Source of the DNA: an uncultured delta proteobacterium
Lineage (GTDB): Bacteria > Desulfobacterota > Binatia > Binatales > Binataceae
Reading direction: 5' to 3'
DNA: 64,000 nucleotides
NCBI GenBank assembly: GCA_963842085.1
Contig: CAWJET010000001.1
Location: forward strand, 1,632,001 to 1,696,000
The translations under genes and the position numbers were made by a program. Position 1 is the stretch's first letter; each line of letters begins with the position of its first letter. Below, in pieces: positions 27,752 through 40,628 of the stretch. Below the pieces are notes generated by a model. The model was not told the DNA's origin. It saw nothing but the letters and a program-made list of their open reading frames with translations, and did not search any database.

Positions 27752-28732
27752 TCAGATGCTACCGCTGCTTCGCGTCAGGGACTTGCTCCGCCTGAGAAAT
27801 ATTGCGAGAGCAGCGCTTGCTACCAACAGAATCTCGCCGCCCAGAAGGGTCTTGGAGTCGCCCGTCTTGCCCAACCTCGCAGCTCGTTCAATGAACGATG
27901 AACCAGGTAGGGCCAGCTTGGACGACAGATGATGCCACCAATTCAACATCAACTTGACGCAGCTCCACATCATCGCTGCCAGCAAAACGAGTGCGGAGGA
28001 AAAGACCCCGAACTGGCGAAGCGGGCTGCGAGCATTGCTACCCGTCCATGAATCTGATTCAAGCAGTTTCGCCAGGGCGTCGCGGCGAATACGCTCGGCC
28101 ATCTCGCTAAAGTCCGGTATCGGCGGTTCGACTTTCTTGCCCGGGACTTGGAGCGGCTCGGGTAGATCGGTTACTTGCAAGTTCGCTCGTTTCCTAGCTT
28201 CGCGAATTTGACCCAATATGAACAGCAGGTCTTGCTTGCAAGTCAAAGATCCCAGCAGAGATGCGCTGGACAGCGCGTCGAGCTCCTGAGGAGTCACCCG
28301 GAGGCGCTCGATGACTTGATGGTCGTTGCGAAATTCTTCGATGATGTCGTGCTGGCTTGATTGAGCTTCGATTTGACGGTCCGGGGTCTCTGAACTCTCA
28401 TCGCCCTCGAACGCAGCGATCTGTTCTGGTTCTCCCTCGATATCTGAAACCATCCCCGTCAGAACCTCGACAGGCGTGGTCGCGACGAGGCATGGGTCCG
28501 CTGACGTGATTGATGGAGTGCCACCGACAAGCTCAGAGGGCTTCGAACGACCTTCCTGCGACTTAGGAGGTTGTTGTTGCTCGCTTTCGCTTGGCGAGGA
28601 GCAAGTGAGTGGCCTCGACATCGTTTTGAGCGAATCGAAGGCGCCGAGCAACTCGCGGACCAATCTCTCGGTGTCGACAGGTGCGGTGTCCAATTTTTGA
28701 TCTCCCGGTTCTGGATTTTCTGCTGGTTTCAC
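27752..28732 (-). CDS. Hypothetical protein with C-terminal TM segment(s)
   Basis: Long ORF coupled to the upstream gene; globular core IEEFRND...LLGSLTCKQDLLFILGQIR. Confidence 0.7.
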   Translation of the reverse strand: MKPAENPEPGDQKLDTAPVDTERLVRELLGAFDSLKTMSRPLTCSSPSESEQQQPPKSQEGRSKPSELVGGTPSITSADPCLVATTPVEVLTGMVSDIEGEPEQIAAFEGDESSETPDRQIEAQSSQHDIIEEFRNDHQVIERLRVTPQELDALSSASLLGSLTCKQDLLFILGQIREARKRANLQVTDLPEPLQVPGKKVEPPIPDFSEMAERIRRDALAKLLESDSWTGSNARSPLRQFGVFSSALVLLAAMMWSCVKLMLNWWHHLSSKLALPGSSFIERAARLGKTGDSKTLLGGEILLVASAALAIFLRRSKSLTRSSGSI

Positions 28733-28734
28733 GC

Positions 28735-29211
28735 TTACTGGGGTAAACCTTCTGGCTTTCGCTCGAAACTCTGCGCGAGCGTCGAGAATTCTTCGCGAAG
28801 GGTCTTGGCCGGCTCAAATGCAGTAGCAAGATGCGCGAGTCGATCCTGAAGCGCAGCCGCCGGCTCGAGCGCGGCGACAAGTTGGCTCAAACTTTCGCCG
28901 AACGCCGCGGAAAGCTGGTCAAGCTCGCGATCCAGATCCTGCAGGGGCGCGAACTGCTTCAGGACCTGTCGAAGCTGGTCCTGGAAATTGTGCATCGGCT
29001 CGAGCACCTTGGCCAGCTCTTTGATCTTCACCTCGAACTCGCGGAGAGGCTCAAACACATTTGCCAGCACGGAAAGCTGGTGCATCGGTTCCAGAATGAC
29101 CGCGATCTGAGCGAGCTGTTCTTGCAGTGGCCTGACCTGCTCGAAAACCGTCGATACCGCCAGACCCGGCTGAAACGAAACCTGCTCATTTGACATTCCA
29201 ATTCCTCCCAT
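28735..29211 (-). CDS. Amphipathic 17-aa-repeat helical protein, copy 1
   Basis: VFEQVRPLQEQLAQIAV / VFEPLREFEVKIKELAK / VLEPMHNFQDQLRQVLK / ALEPAAALQDRLAHLAT / AFEPAKTLREEFSTLAQ. Confidence 0.82.
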   Translation of the reverse strand: MGGIGMSNEQVSFQPGLAVSTVFEQVRPLQEQLAQIAVILEPMHQLSVLANVFEPLREFEVKIKELAKVLEPMHNFQDQLRQVLKQFAPLQDLDRELDQLSAAFGESLSQLVAALEPAAALQDRLAHLATAFEPAKTLREEFSTLAQSFERKPEGLPQ

Positions 29212-30147
29212 TTTTTAGCTATGAAAAATTGTTTAGCCTTTTGGCTAGAGTCCGATTTGGTGCCCGCAAGCTATCGAATTCCACGCCCGAATGGTCGCTG
29301 AAGATTGATGAGCATTGACGAACGTGCCTTCGCTTCGCAACCAGCCATTCTGGCGTATTGTTCTAGCTAACTGACGGCTCACCTTTGCTACTCCTCGACA
29401 GACGGATTTTCGGTCATAGTTCGGCATGAGTCAAGCCCCCATATCTTGTGTTTTAGTCAGCTTATGCAAATCGTAGTATCCCCACATAAAATGAAGCGCG
29501 GAATCCATGTTGCGTCTTCTCCAAAATTAGTTCGCGGGGATTTGGTGGTTTTGCTCATGGCCGCGGAAGGTCCGGCGTTTGACCGCAAGAGTAACGAACT
29601 TCGCTCCGTCCCGCCGCCATATGAAGAGGCGGACTTTTTGGGGAACTGGCTCGCGAGACACACCTTCCAACTTTTCCATGTTTTCGGTTGCTTGCGCTGA
29701 CCCCCGCTTCTATGCCGACTCCCAAGCGGCGCAATTTTAGCCGTTGATGCAAAACATGACTCGTAGTTGGCTTGTGCTAACTGAGCGCGCGATCTACGGT
29801 GAGAGCTAACACCGGAGACGTTTCACCAGATTGCGGTCCACCTCGGGATCGTCGCCTGCGAGAGTGCGGGCGCCTCATGGGGTCGGAGTCTTTCCCCGGA
29901 CTCGATGTTGAACTGCAACCAAATGCTGCGCGAATGCAACAACCTTAGATCCGCAATTTTAGATCCAGAAAACAGCAGAAGAAGCTGCCGCACAAGGCGC
30001 GCGGCTCACGCCACGTTCCTGTGAATCACAAAAGGGACGAAATAGCGTCAGCAACAGATTGTTGCATACCTTCTACAAATTGTAGCTATAAGCTTACTGT
30101 TGGCGGGAGTGCGCCTTATCTTCGGGGCGTTATCGAGCAATCGCCTG

Positions 30148-30163
30148 TGGCACATTGATTGCT
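30148..30163 (+). promoter_or_regulatory. Sigma-54 -24/-12 promoter
   Basis: TGGCACATTGATTGCT = TGGCAC-N5-TTGC, intergenic. Confidence 0.65.
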
Positions 30164-30240
30164 GTTAGCGAAGAGGGGGGTCTGTTGGGTGGGATGATTG
30201 GGTGGGATGAAAAGATGCCACACGCTGGGAGGGTGCGAGG

Positions 30241-30435
30241 ATGCTGCCAGCGAGTTCAACTGGAATCCGCTATATACAACTTGAGCTAAGCCAGGCAAGA
30301 TCCTTGCACACTGTAAAACTGAACCGTCTCCTTCTTAAATTTCGCGAACTCTGGAAGGGAGAGGTCGGTCTCCAGAGGCCGCGTAGGTCGATCGACCGCG
30401 AGCTGCAAGAGAGCGAGTCAATGGATTTGCCGTAG
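30241..30435 (+). CDS. Small hypothetical protein downstream of the sigma-54 motif
   Basis: ORF preceded by GGAGG/GAGG. Confidence 0.35.
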   Translation: MLPASSTGIRYIQLELSQARSLHTVKLNRLLLKFRELWKGEVGLQRPRRSIDRELQESESMDLP

Positions 30436-30439
30436 CTGG

Positions 30440-30665
30440 CGCGCCTCCCTTCTTGGGCTCCGCAAGCGCAGCGATCGGTACTTGCGCACTTTGCTCGTTG
30501 ACGGAACCGCTCAGTTTTGTGCAGGGTCGAATAAAGACGCGACCCGCGCAGCATCTGGGGGGGAACACCCGGTTCAAAATCGCGCGCAGATCCAATGTGG
30601 CGGCGGTGGCGAGCAAGGACGCGCCTAGCCTGAACCGTTCCCGCGCGGCGATGACTATCGGCCGG
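30440..30665 (+). pseudogene. IS110-family transposase C-terminal fragment
   Basis: LGLRKRSDRYLRTLLVDG (cf. ISKRGDRYLRTLLVHG) and RSNVAAVASKDA. Confidence 0.7.
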
Positions 30666-30849
30666 TAGTCCCTGCCGACCCACAACCAGGCGTGGCATTT
30701 CGGCGGCTGTCTGGCCCTCTTCGACCTCGCAAATGGATTTTGCAGGCGCGCCAGGCGACATGTTGCTGGTACCGATCGAGCCTACTTTGGTCGTGCCTCA
30801 CGCTGACAATGCAGCAGCACTTCGCCGCCCAAATTGGCTCGTGCCGCGC

Positions 30850-31083
30850 TTAGGGAGCGGTCTCCATCGTGCCCGATGGAAACCTTTTCTGTACCCGGTA
30901 CAGAGAATCGCCGAATCTCATGTCCAGAAACGACGTGACGTTGGGTTGTCCCAGGAACCCCTGCACCTTCTTTTGCACCGATTCTACTGCGGGCGAACTG
31001 GCCGAGCAGGCCGCGCAAGCGAGTGCGCCCGTCATGCCCACCAGCATCGCGCGGACAACTGCATGGGCGCGCGGCGACGGCAT
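30850..31083 (-). pseudogene. Truncated putative lipoprotein
   Basis: Lipobox-like GALACAAC; early TAA with IS110 debris downstream. Confidence 0.5.
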
Positions 31084-31086
31084 CGG

Positions 31087-31611
31087 TCACGAATCTTTGG
31101 CAACCGCCGAGGCCGACAGCACGACGCGCAGCCCGCCCGATTCAACGGCGCTCAGCAGGATCGCCACTCGCTCGGCGCCGGAAAGATAGCGCTGGAAGAT
31201 CGCTTCGAATCCACGGAAGGGGCCTTCGACTACAATCACGCGCTCGCCCGTGCCGAACGGTTTGTCGGGTATTTCGATCACGTCGTTCACGCCGCGGCGG
31301 CGAATCTCCGACACTATCGCCGCCGGCACCGCAAGCGGATCGATTCCCGCCGACACGATAGCGCGCACCCCAGCCATATACTTTACGTCGAAGTACTGCC
31401 GCTGGAGATCGAAGCGCGCGAACACGTAACATGGAAAAAGCGGCGCTATCGACACCGCCATCCGTCCCCATCGCGGCGCCTTCGCCTTGAGCATCGGCAG
31501 AAACACCTCCGGCACCACGTTGGCGAGCTGGTCGCGGACCCATCGCTCCTTACCGATCTTGGTGCGTACGAGGTACCAGTCTGTTTGTGGATTGTCGTTC
31601 ATCGCGGGCAT
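31087..31611 (-). CDS. NusG/RfaH-family specialised transcription antiterminator
   Basis: WYLVRTK, PLFPCYVF (NGN domain); GERVIVVEGPFRGFEAIF (KOW). Confidence 0.9.
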   Translation of the reverse strand: MPAMNDNPQTDWYLVRTKIGKERWVRDQLANVVPEVFLPMLKAKAPRWGRMAVSIAPLFPCYVFARFDLQRQYFDVKYMAGVRAIVSAGIDPLAVPAAIVSEIRRRGVNDVIEIPDKPFGTGERVIVVEGPFRGFEAIFQRYLSGAERVAILLSAVESGGLRVVLSASAVAKDS

Positions 31612-31692
31612 GGCAGCCGGTGTAAAGAATGGAGGCGAAAAAACTCCTCCCCTACCCTTCCGTTCGAGCCGGCAATGCCCTCATCGTGCCGG

Positions 31693-31730
31693 AAAAACAA
31701 AGGCGGCTGTAGCATACGCCACAGCCGCCC
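31693..31730 (-). terminator. Rho-independent terminator after the DUF1302 gene
   Basis: GGCGGCTGTGGC-loop-GCTACAGCCGCC followed by TTTGTTTTT on the - strand. Confidence 0.8.
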
Positions 31731-31748
31731 GATCAGTCCAATCGACTT

Positions 31749-33707
31749 CTAGATTTCGTACGTGAAAGTGAACTCGAGCTCGTTGAAACGCTGCTGGCGG
31801 CTTAGCAGGTACGGATCGGTGTAGCGCCCGCTGCGTCCGATGAACCACTGGGAGTTCAGTCCGAACAGCACGTTTCGTGAATAGCGGTAAACGTTGGTCG
31901 TCGTGAGATCGCCGACGTCGTCGTCGATATCCCACGTGAAAACGTTGGTAGTGGTCAACTGGCCGTTCATCAGCCAGTTCGTTGCCGCAAAGAAAAACAG
32001 GTTGCTAAGTTCACGCTGCTTGCCGACGCCGGCCAATCCGGGAACCACGATGGCCTGCGCATCAGTCGGACGATCCGGCAGCCAAGTGGTGGTTTCCTGA
32101 GCCGTCAGGAACGTGTGCTGCTTCGATAGCCACGGGATGTAGGTCGGACGGTCACCCGCAATGATCCAGCGGGTCAGCTCGGTCCAGGCCGTTCCCCCCG
32201 GATAGCGGGTGGGGACGCCATTAATGGCCGCGGGCGTGGAGACCGCGTGATCCGGCTGGTACAGAAAGTCGTATCGGTACACGATGTCGGTCAAGTCTTT
32301 ATCGTAATAGGTTCCCGTCAAGCCGAAGAACTTGTTGCGGACGATGTCATTCGAGCTGACGATATTAACCGATCCGGCCTTGGCCACACCCGCGCGAGGG
32401 TTGCCATGCGTATAGTGGCCAGGAGTGACGAAGACTCCGGGGGCAGCGGTGAACGAGCCCGGCAATCCCGTGACGGCCGGTCCGCACCAGAAGCACGTCT
32501 GACTGCGCGCATCGCGGTATTCGTACAGAAAGATGAAGCTGGCCTGGAGCCCGTTTCCAATTGGCAGCAGGCTCGAATAACGCATGCCAAATTCGCTGTT
32601 TTCTATCGAGTTTGACGGGGTCTTGCTGATACTCTGCAGGATAACGTCGTAGAATTGACCATACTGGTGCTTGCCAATTTTGGGCCCGACAGGCAGGAAG
32701 ATCATTGCCTTGTCGTCGGCGTTGGGCAGCTCATTGACGTTGAGTTGCTGGCCGTTCTGGTTGATGCTCAGCGGAAACGGAGTGTCACCCGGGCCGCATG
32801 CCCCTGCCGGTAAATTGCAGCCACCGCCCAAGGCGGCCGGAACCACCCACGGATTGCGCGGGTCGGTTTGAGCTTCAAGCCCGGCGGCCTGGAAGTCGCC
32901 GGGGATCCAGAAGCCTTCAAACTCGTTGTTGGCAGTCTTTTCGAAATCGGGCAGGATGTAGTTGAGCTTGACCATCCGGACGTTTGTGCGCACGTCCTCG
33001 GCCGACTCCGCGCCGTAAACTCCGTGCCATCTGGCGTTAACCGGGTTGGTGACTTCGGTTCCGGACAGCGCATCGGCTTCCGACCAGATGACCTGCTGCT
33101 TGCCGATGCGAGCAGAGAGGTTGTCGGTAAAGTTCAACTGCGCATAATACTCGCGCAGATCGTTCTTGAAATATTCGTCCTGCAGCGCGCGGCCCCCTTG
33201 CGCCGAGTACGGGATCACGTCGGTGTTCGGCCGCTGCCGGCCACTGTTTTTGATCGAGCCGAACGAGTCGTACCACGGCCGGTAGTAGGCGAAGAAATCC
33301 GCATCCTTGATCAGCAGCGTGTCGAAGCGGCCCAGCAGTTTGTAGTTCTTGATCATGTGGTAATCGGGACGCACGTCTGCCAGGTTGCGCTGCTCAACCA
33401 GATCCCAATGGTTGAAATCGAAACTGCCGCCGTTCATCCCGAACGACTTGCCGGGCGATTGGAACGTCGTAGTGGGTGTTGGATGTGTGGTCAACGTCGG
33501 CGTCGAGTTTCTGCTGGAGCTGCCTTCGCCCCAGCGACCCGCCTCGCGGGTTTCAAAATAGCCGAAGACCGAAAAGTCGCCCTGCGTGATCGTCGCCATT
33601 GCGACCGAGGTCCATAGCGTCCCGACCGTTGCCACGGCAGCCACCAACAAACTCCGCCACCGCGTTCCTCCGAAACCCTTGTTCCCGTTCTGCATAGTCA
33701 CCCCCAA
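31749..33707 (-). CDS. DUF1302-like outer-membrane beta-barrel protein
   Basis: Signal peptide, LREYY...RIGKQQVIWSEAD, aromatic alternating C-terminus FTFTYEI. Confidence 0.8.
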   Translation of the reverse strand: MGVTMQNGNKGFGGTRWRSLLVAAVATVGTLWTSVAMATITQGDFSVFGYFETREAGRWGEGSSSRNSTPTLTTHPTPTTTFQSPGKSFGMNGGSFDFNHWDLVEQRNLADVRPDYHMIKNYKLLGRFDTLLIKDADFFAYYRPWYDSFGSIKNSGRQRPNTDVIPYSAQGGRALQDEYFKNDLREYYAQLNFTDNLSARIGKQQVIWSEADALSGTEVTNPVNARWHGVYGAESAEDVRTNVRMVKLNYILPDFEKTANNEFEGFWIPGDFQAAGLEAQTDPRNPWVVPAALGGGCNLPAGACGPGDTPFPLSINQNGQQLNVNELPNADDKAMIFLPVGPKIGKHQYGQFYDVILQSISKTPSNSIENSEFGMRYSSLLPIGNGLQASFIFLYEYRDARSQTCFWCGPAVTGLPGSFTAAPGVFVTPGHYTHGNPRAGVAKAGSVNIVSSNDIVRNKFFGLTGTYYDKDLTDIVYRYDFLYQPDHAVSTPAAINGVPTRYPGGTAWTELTRWIIAGDRPTYIPWLSKQHTFLTAQETTTWLPDRPTDAQAIVVPGLAGVGKQRELSNLFFFAATNWLMNGQLTTTNVFTWDIDDDVGDLTTTNVYRYSRNVLFGLNSQWFIGRSGRYTDPYLLSRQQRFNELEFTFTYEI

Positions 33708-34280
33708 GCTGGAGCCCTCGTGGTTACGTCGAACTCCTCGCCCGGCCCACCGGGCAAGCGTCAGACACTCGTTCCCCGTTCGTGCGTAAGGAACCTACGA
33801 ACGCGGCTTAGCTACCATTCCCCGGCGTACCTTGTCAAGAAGGGAGCACGAGCCGGTCACACGTTTGCAACATTCCGTTAAGCGCCGAGTGATATCGACG
33901 ATTCCGGATTTCGGGCAACGCGCAGGGGTGCGTTCTTCCGGTTTTGGTGCTACCCAGAGTGCCGGACGACCCCATTCCCAAGGCACTAGCACTCTTTCTA
34001 CGCAAATGATTAAAGTCCCGTGTCAATCAGATGCCCACGATCGAGCGCGGGGCCGATCGTGAAGCGGATCATGAACAAAGAATTACGTCGCACTTGAATT
34101 TATCATCCGATCAGTGTAGGTACGACCACCGGATGCGCGTCCGGGGGGATTTCCGGACCTTGGCGGGGCTTCAGTTTGGCCTTGCGGAGAGAGGAAGAAC
34201 CGAATGGCCGCATGGGCTTTTCTAGGCTGATTGGGTCAGCAGACGGGACACCGATTCGACTCGGCGGGGGTTAGACACTA

Positions 34281-35654
34281 ATGATGCATGGAAGGATGCA
34301 GACGATGACTGAGGGCAACGATGGGATCTCGTTGGCGCATGGAGTGGCGCCGAAGTTGAGGGCGGTCGCTCCTCAGCTTTCGCTCGTGGCCGCGATGTTG
34401 TTGTTCGCTGCGTTCGTCGGGGGAACAACCGGCACCAGCTACGCGAAAAAGCCACCGAAGAGGGCTCTGCTTGACACGGTCGTCGTCTCAAATTACGGGA
34501 GTGCGTTCGCCGGCAGCATCGAGACATTTAGCGCGGGTGCACCCCGCAACTCGAAGCCTTTCTTGCGCATCACGGGCACGAACACGCTCTTGGGTATTGG
34601 TACTGGGCCGACTGGCGACGCGCAGAGCTCACTCGACGGCGACATAGTGGTGGGGGTGCCTCTCGTCCTTCTCCCCATCGGTTTCCCCAACGGGTTCGTT
34701 GAGGTCTTCTCCCCCGGCTCGAACGGTAATTCAGAACCAAAAAGCCTGATTGGCGATCCGACAGGATTCGACGTTACGGGCGTCAACCTTCCCCAGGGCG
34801 TTGGATTTGAAAACCCCTTCGACGGGGTTCATCCGTTCGGGGTCGATATATTAGCGGTCGCGAACACCCTTCCACTGGTGACTGCGCCAGATCTCCACAT
34901 CCCGGAACTTGGGTTATGCGCTCCGAATGCGCCCGGCTTCAGCTTGGGCACGATTACCGAGTATGACCACGAGACGTTGGCTCCGGGCCTCAATGTCATT
35001 CCCCCTTTCAACGACAGCCCGGTGAATGGCGGCGCGAACCCGGCCACGATCGGCGGATGCGACACTTATCTTGCCGGTCCGGTGGGCCTTGCGTTCGACG
35101 CCAAAGGCTTTCTGTATGCCGTGAACGAGGGTTTCGTGCCGACCACCTCGTACGTTACCGTGTATGAGCCTGGCGCGCATGGCAACGCGATACCAATAGC
35201 CATCGTAGGTACGGGTGCTCTCGTCAATCCGTTGTATGTCGCAGTCGCCTCAGGTCCAATAATGTTAGTGGACGGTGTCCCGCTCCCGCAGGACACTATC
35301 TACGTGACCGACGTGGGCGACAACAGCATCAAAATCTTCGCTCCTTTCGACCCGGCAACTTGCTTTACGCCGGCGCTTCCATTTGGCTGTTTCGGCACCC
35401 AGACCGGCACGATCAGCGGCGGCAGCACGAAACTCAAGCGGCCCGAAGGAATTGCGCTCAGCGCCGACGGCAATCTGTACGTGGTAAACAACAATGGAAA
35501 TTCGCTGGCGGAGTTTGCAGATATCGCAGCAGATCTCGGAGGCGGCGACATCGCGCCGACGTTTATGCTCCCCGGGGTCATCGGCGGGAAGGCCCCGGCA
35601 ATGAACTTCCCGGTCGGCGTTGCCCTGCCGGCGTTCCCGCCGCCGCCGCTTTGA
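34281..35654 (+). CDS. Secreted NHL-repeat / beta-propeller protein
   Basis: GPVGLAFDAKGFLYAVN, IYVTDVGDNSIKIF, RPEGIALSADGNLYVVN. Confidence 0.8.
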   Translation: MMHGRMQTMTEGNDGISLAHGVAPKLRAVAPQLSLVAAMLLFAAFVGGTTGTSYAKKPPKRALLDTVVVSNYGSAFAGSIETFSAGAPRNSKPFLRITGTNTLLGIGTGPTGDAQSSLDGDIVVGVPLVLLPIGFPNGFVEVFSPGSNGNSEPKSLIGDPTGFDVTGVNLPQGVGFENPFDGVHPFGVDILAVANTLPLVTAPDLHIPELGLCAPNAPGFSLGTITEYDHETLAPGLNVIPPFNDSPVNGGANPATIGGCDTYLAGPVGLAFDAKGFLYAVNEGFVPTTSYVTVYEPGAHGNAIPIAIVGTGALVNPLYVAVASGPIMLVDGVPLPQDTIYVTDVGDNSIKIFAPFDPATCFTPALPFGCFGTQTGTISGGSTKLKRPEGIALSADGNLYVVNNNGNSLAEFADIAADLGGGDIAPTFMLPGVIGGKAPAMNFPVGVALPAFPPPPL

Positions 35655-35679
35655 GAAAATCAGCGGAACTATTCACTAG

Positions 35680-36330
35680 CTGACGAACTAAACGGCGAGC
35701 GCCGAATCCGGAAGACCGGATTCGGCGTTCGCGCTTGTGCACCAAACCGGCGCAATCGCCAGGCAGATTCTCCGCGAGCGACGCCGCGAGCAATCCGCCG
35801 ATCGCGCCACGAGCCGCCAGGCTCGGGTGATCCGCCTCGACCGCCACCTCGCGCTTGGCGGCGAGTTCGAGAACCAGCGCCGCGTCCACGCCTTCGACAC
35901 TGAACCTGACGAATTGGACCGCGCTGATGCTCTCGTCTGACATCTGACGATCGTCGAATCGCGCCGCTATTCTCTGCGGGCCAATCTTCAGCCACAGATG
36001 GCGCTCCAGTCCGACCAGCCGCACCAGCACGGCGTCGCGTTCGCGCGGCTCGGCGTACTCGATCAGCACGGTCGCAGCTAGTTCGCCCGCGGCTGGAATC
36101 AACTCGTTGTACGTGTCGATTTCGTGCTGGATCGCGTCGCGCTGCGTCATTTTCTCGGCCCGAATCATCTCTTCGACCTGGCACCACGCAGTCTGCGCAT
36201 TCTCGAAAATGAACGTGAGATGCGGGCCGACGTGGAGCGGCGCCGTTCCTTACATGAATGAATAAAGGGCGCAGCCTGTCGCGCACGCGTTCGTAATCGG
36301 CCAGCGAAAGTGTTCTGTTGCAACGACTTA
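35680..36330 (-). pseudogene. DUF3501-family protein, frameshifted
   Basis: LSLADYERVR...HVGPHLTFIFEN...EMIRAEK...EIDTYNELIP...ISAVQFVRF, spread over different frames. Confidence 0.8.
35697..35730. terminator. Strong hairpin between convergent genes
   Basis: GAGCGCCGAATCCGG-AAGA-CCGGATTCGGCGTTC. Confidence 0.65.
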
Positions 36331-36428
36331 AGAAAATCGTCCAGCCAGGTTCGAGTCCTGACGCGACTTGCGGATCATGAGCGTGTGAGCGGCGTTTCAA
36401 AACGACTTGAAACGCCGCTCCGCTGAGA

Positions 36429-39165
<2,737 letters not shown>

Positions 39166-39168
39166 AAC

Positions 39169-39209
39169 CTAGGTGATAATTACTATCATCTAGTTTTTGC
39201 TGTTGTCAA
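39169..39209 (-). promoter_or_regulatory. Fur/Per box overlapping a sigma-70 promoter
   Basis: TGATAAT-T-ACTATCA (39174-39188; one mismatch to the 7-1-7 consensus); TTGACA on the - strand at 39204-39209. Confidence 0.8.
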
Positions 39210-39220
39210 GCTACTGCACG

Positions 39221-39259
39221 TTTGTCATTCTGAGCGGAGTTTGCGGAGCGAAGAATGAC
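39221..39259 (+). repeat. REP-like GTCATTCTGAGC...GCGAAGAAT element (related copy at 59282-59315)
   Basis: TTTGTCATTCTGAGCGG...GCGAAGAAT versus TTTGTCATTCAGAGCCG...GCGAAGAATC. Confidence 0.6.
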
Positions 39260-39266
39260 ACGGTGG

Positions 39267-40553
39267 CTACAGTTGCGGCAGAAGCGGGGCGCGGCGGGAT
39301 TCGGGCTTGGTCAGCAGCATCTGCACGTCGCCGATATAACGCTCGCGGAAGCCGCCCTCGCAGTAGCAGAGGTAGAACTCCCACATCCGGATGAATTCTT
39401 CGGGATAGCCGAGCGCGCGCACGCGCTCGATGTTCTTGAACATCCTAAGCCGCCAGTTCTTCAAGGTCTCGGCGTAGTTGGGCGTGAGGTCTTCGAGATG
39501 AAACAGGCGCAGGTCGCTCGCGCGCGCGATCGAATCGCACAGCGCCGTGACCGACGGGATGAAGCTGCCCGGGAAGATGTACTTCTTGATGAAATCGACG
39601 CGCTTGAGCGCGCCCTCGTATTCGCGGTCGGTAATCGTGATCGCCTGCAACAGCATCATGCCGTCGGGCTTCAGCAGCTCGCCGCATTTACGGAAATATG
39701 AATCGACGAAGTGATGCCCGACCGCTTCGATCATCTCGATCGAGACGGCCTTGTCGAACTGGCCGGTCAGGTCGCGGTAGTCCTTGAACAGCACGGTGAT
39801 GCGCTCGGACAGGCCCTCAGCGGCGATCCGCTTGACGGCGTAGTCGTGCTGCGCGCGCGAAATGGTGGTGGTCGTGACGCGGCAGCCGTAGTTTTTGGCC
39901 GCGTGAATCGCAAACCCGCCCCATCCGGTACCGATCTCGACCAGGTGGTCGTGCGCGCGCAGATCTAGCTTGCGGCAGATGCGATCGACCTTGGCTGCCG
40001 CCGCTTCCTCGAGGGTGGCGTCGGGGCGCTCGAAGATCGCGCACGAGTACATCATCAGCGTGCGATCGAGAATCAGCTCGAAGAAATCGTTGCCGAGGTC
40101 GTAATGCGCCGCGATGTTGCGCTGGCTGCCGGTCCTGGTGTTGCGATTGAGGTAATGGATGAAGCGGCGGACGGGATTGGCGAGCCGCGCGAGGCCGCTG
40201 TCGATGCCCTCCATCACATCGCGGTTGCGAATCATGATTTGCACGAGCGCGGTCAGGTCGTCGGTCGTCCACGAGCCGGCCATGTACGCCTCGCCGGCGC
40301 CCACGCTGCCCGCGAGCGCGAGGTCGGAATAAAAGCGGCGGCCGTGAACGCGGATGGTGGCGCGCAAATCGGAGTCTGCAAGATCCTGGCCGAATGGGAT
40401 GCGTTCATCGCCGTCTTCGACTACGATACGGCCATTTTTGATTCCCGCCAGACGGTTCAGAACTGCGCCGCGCGCGAAACGGTCGATGACGGCCGGACGA
40501 CGCGCCCGGGCCGCATCGACACCCGACACGACAATGGAATCCGACTTGGCCAT
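39267..40553 (-). CDS. Cyclopropane-fatty-acyl-phospholipid synthase family methyltransferase
   Basis: NIAAHYDLGNDFF, YSCA, EIGTGWG, SIEMIEAVG, YIFPG, WEFYLCYCEGGF. Confidence 0.93.
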   Translation of the reverse strand: MAKSDSIVVSGVDAARARRPAVIDRFARGAVLNRLAGIKNGRIVVEDGDERIPFGQDLADSDLRATIRVHGRRFYSDLALAGSVGAGEAYMAGSWTTDDLTALVQIMIRNRDVMEGIDSGLARLANPVRRFIHYLNRNTRTGSQRNIAAHYDLGNDFFELILDRTLMMYSCAIFERPDATLEEAAAAKVDRICRKLDLRAHDHLVEIGTGWGGFAIHAAKNYGCRVTTTTISRAQHDYAVKRIAAEGLSERITVLFKDYRDLTGQFDKAVSIEMIEAVGHHFVDSYFRKCGELLKPDGMMLLQAITITDREYEGALKRVDFIKKYIFPGSFIPSVTALCDSIARASDLRLFHLEDLTPNYAETLKNWRLRMFKNIERVRALGYPEEFIRMWEFYLCYCEGGFRERYIGDVQMLLTKPESRRAPLLPQL

Positions 40554-40628
40554 CTCGACGCATCGAATACACGCGACCGCATCGCGGCGCAAGCGCGGCG
40601 GACGGTAGAAGGGAAGAACTTAATTGAA

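Noticed and set aside
36318-36370. tRNA-like T-arm CAGGTTCGAGTCCTG
   Set aside because: No matching acceptor stem, D-arm or CCA. tRNAscan-SE would settle it.
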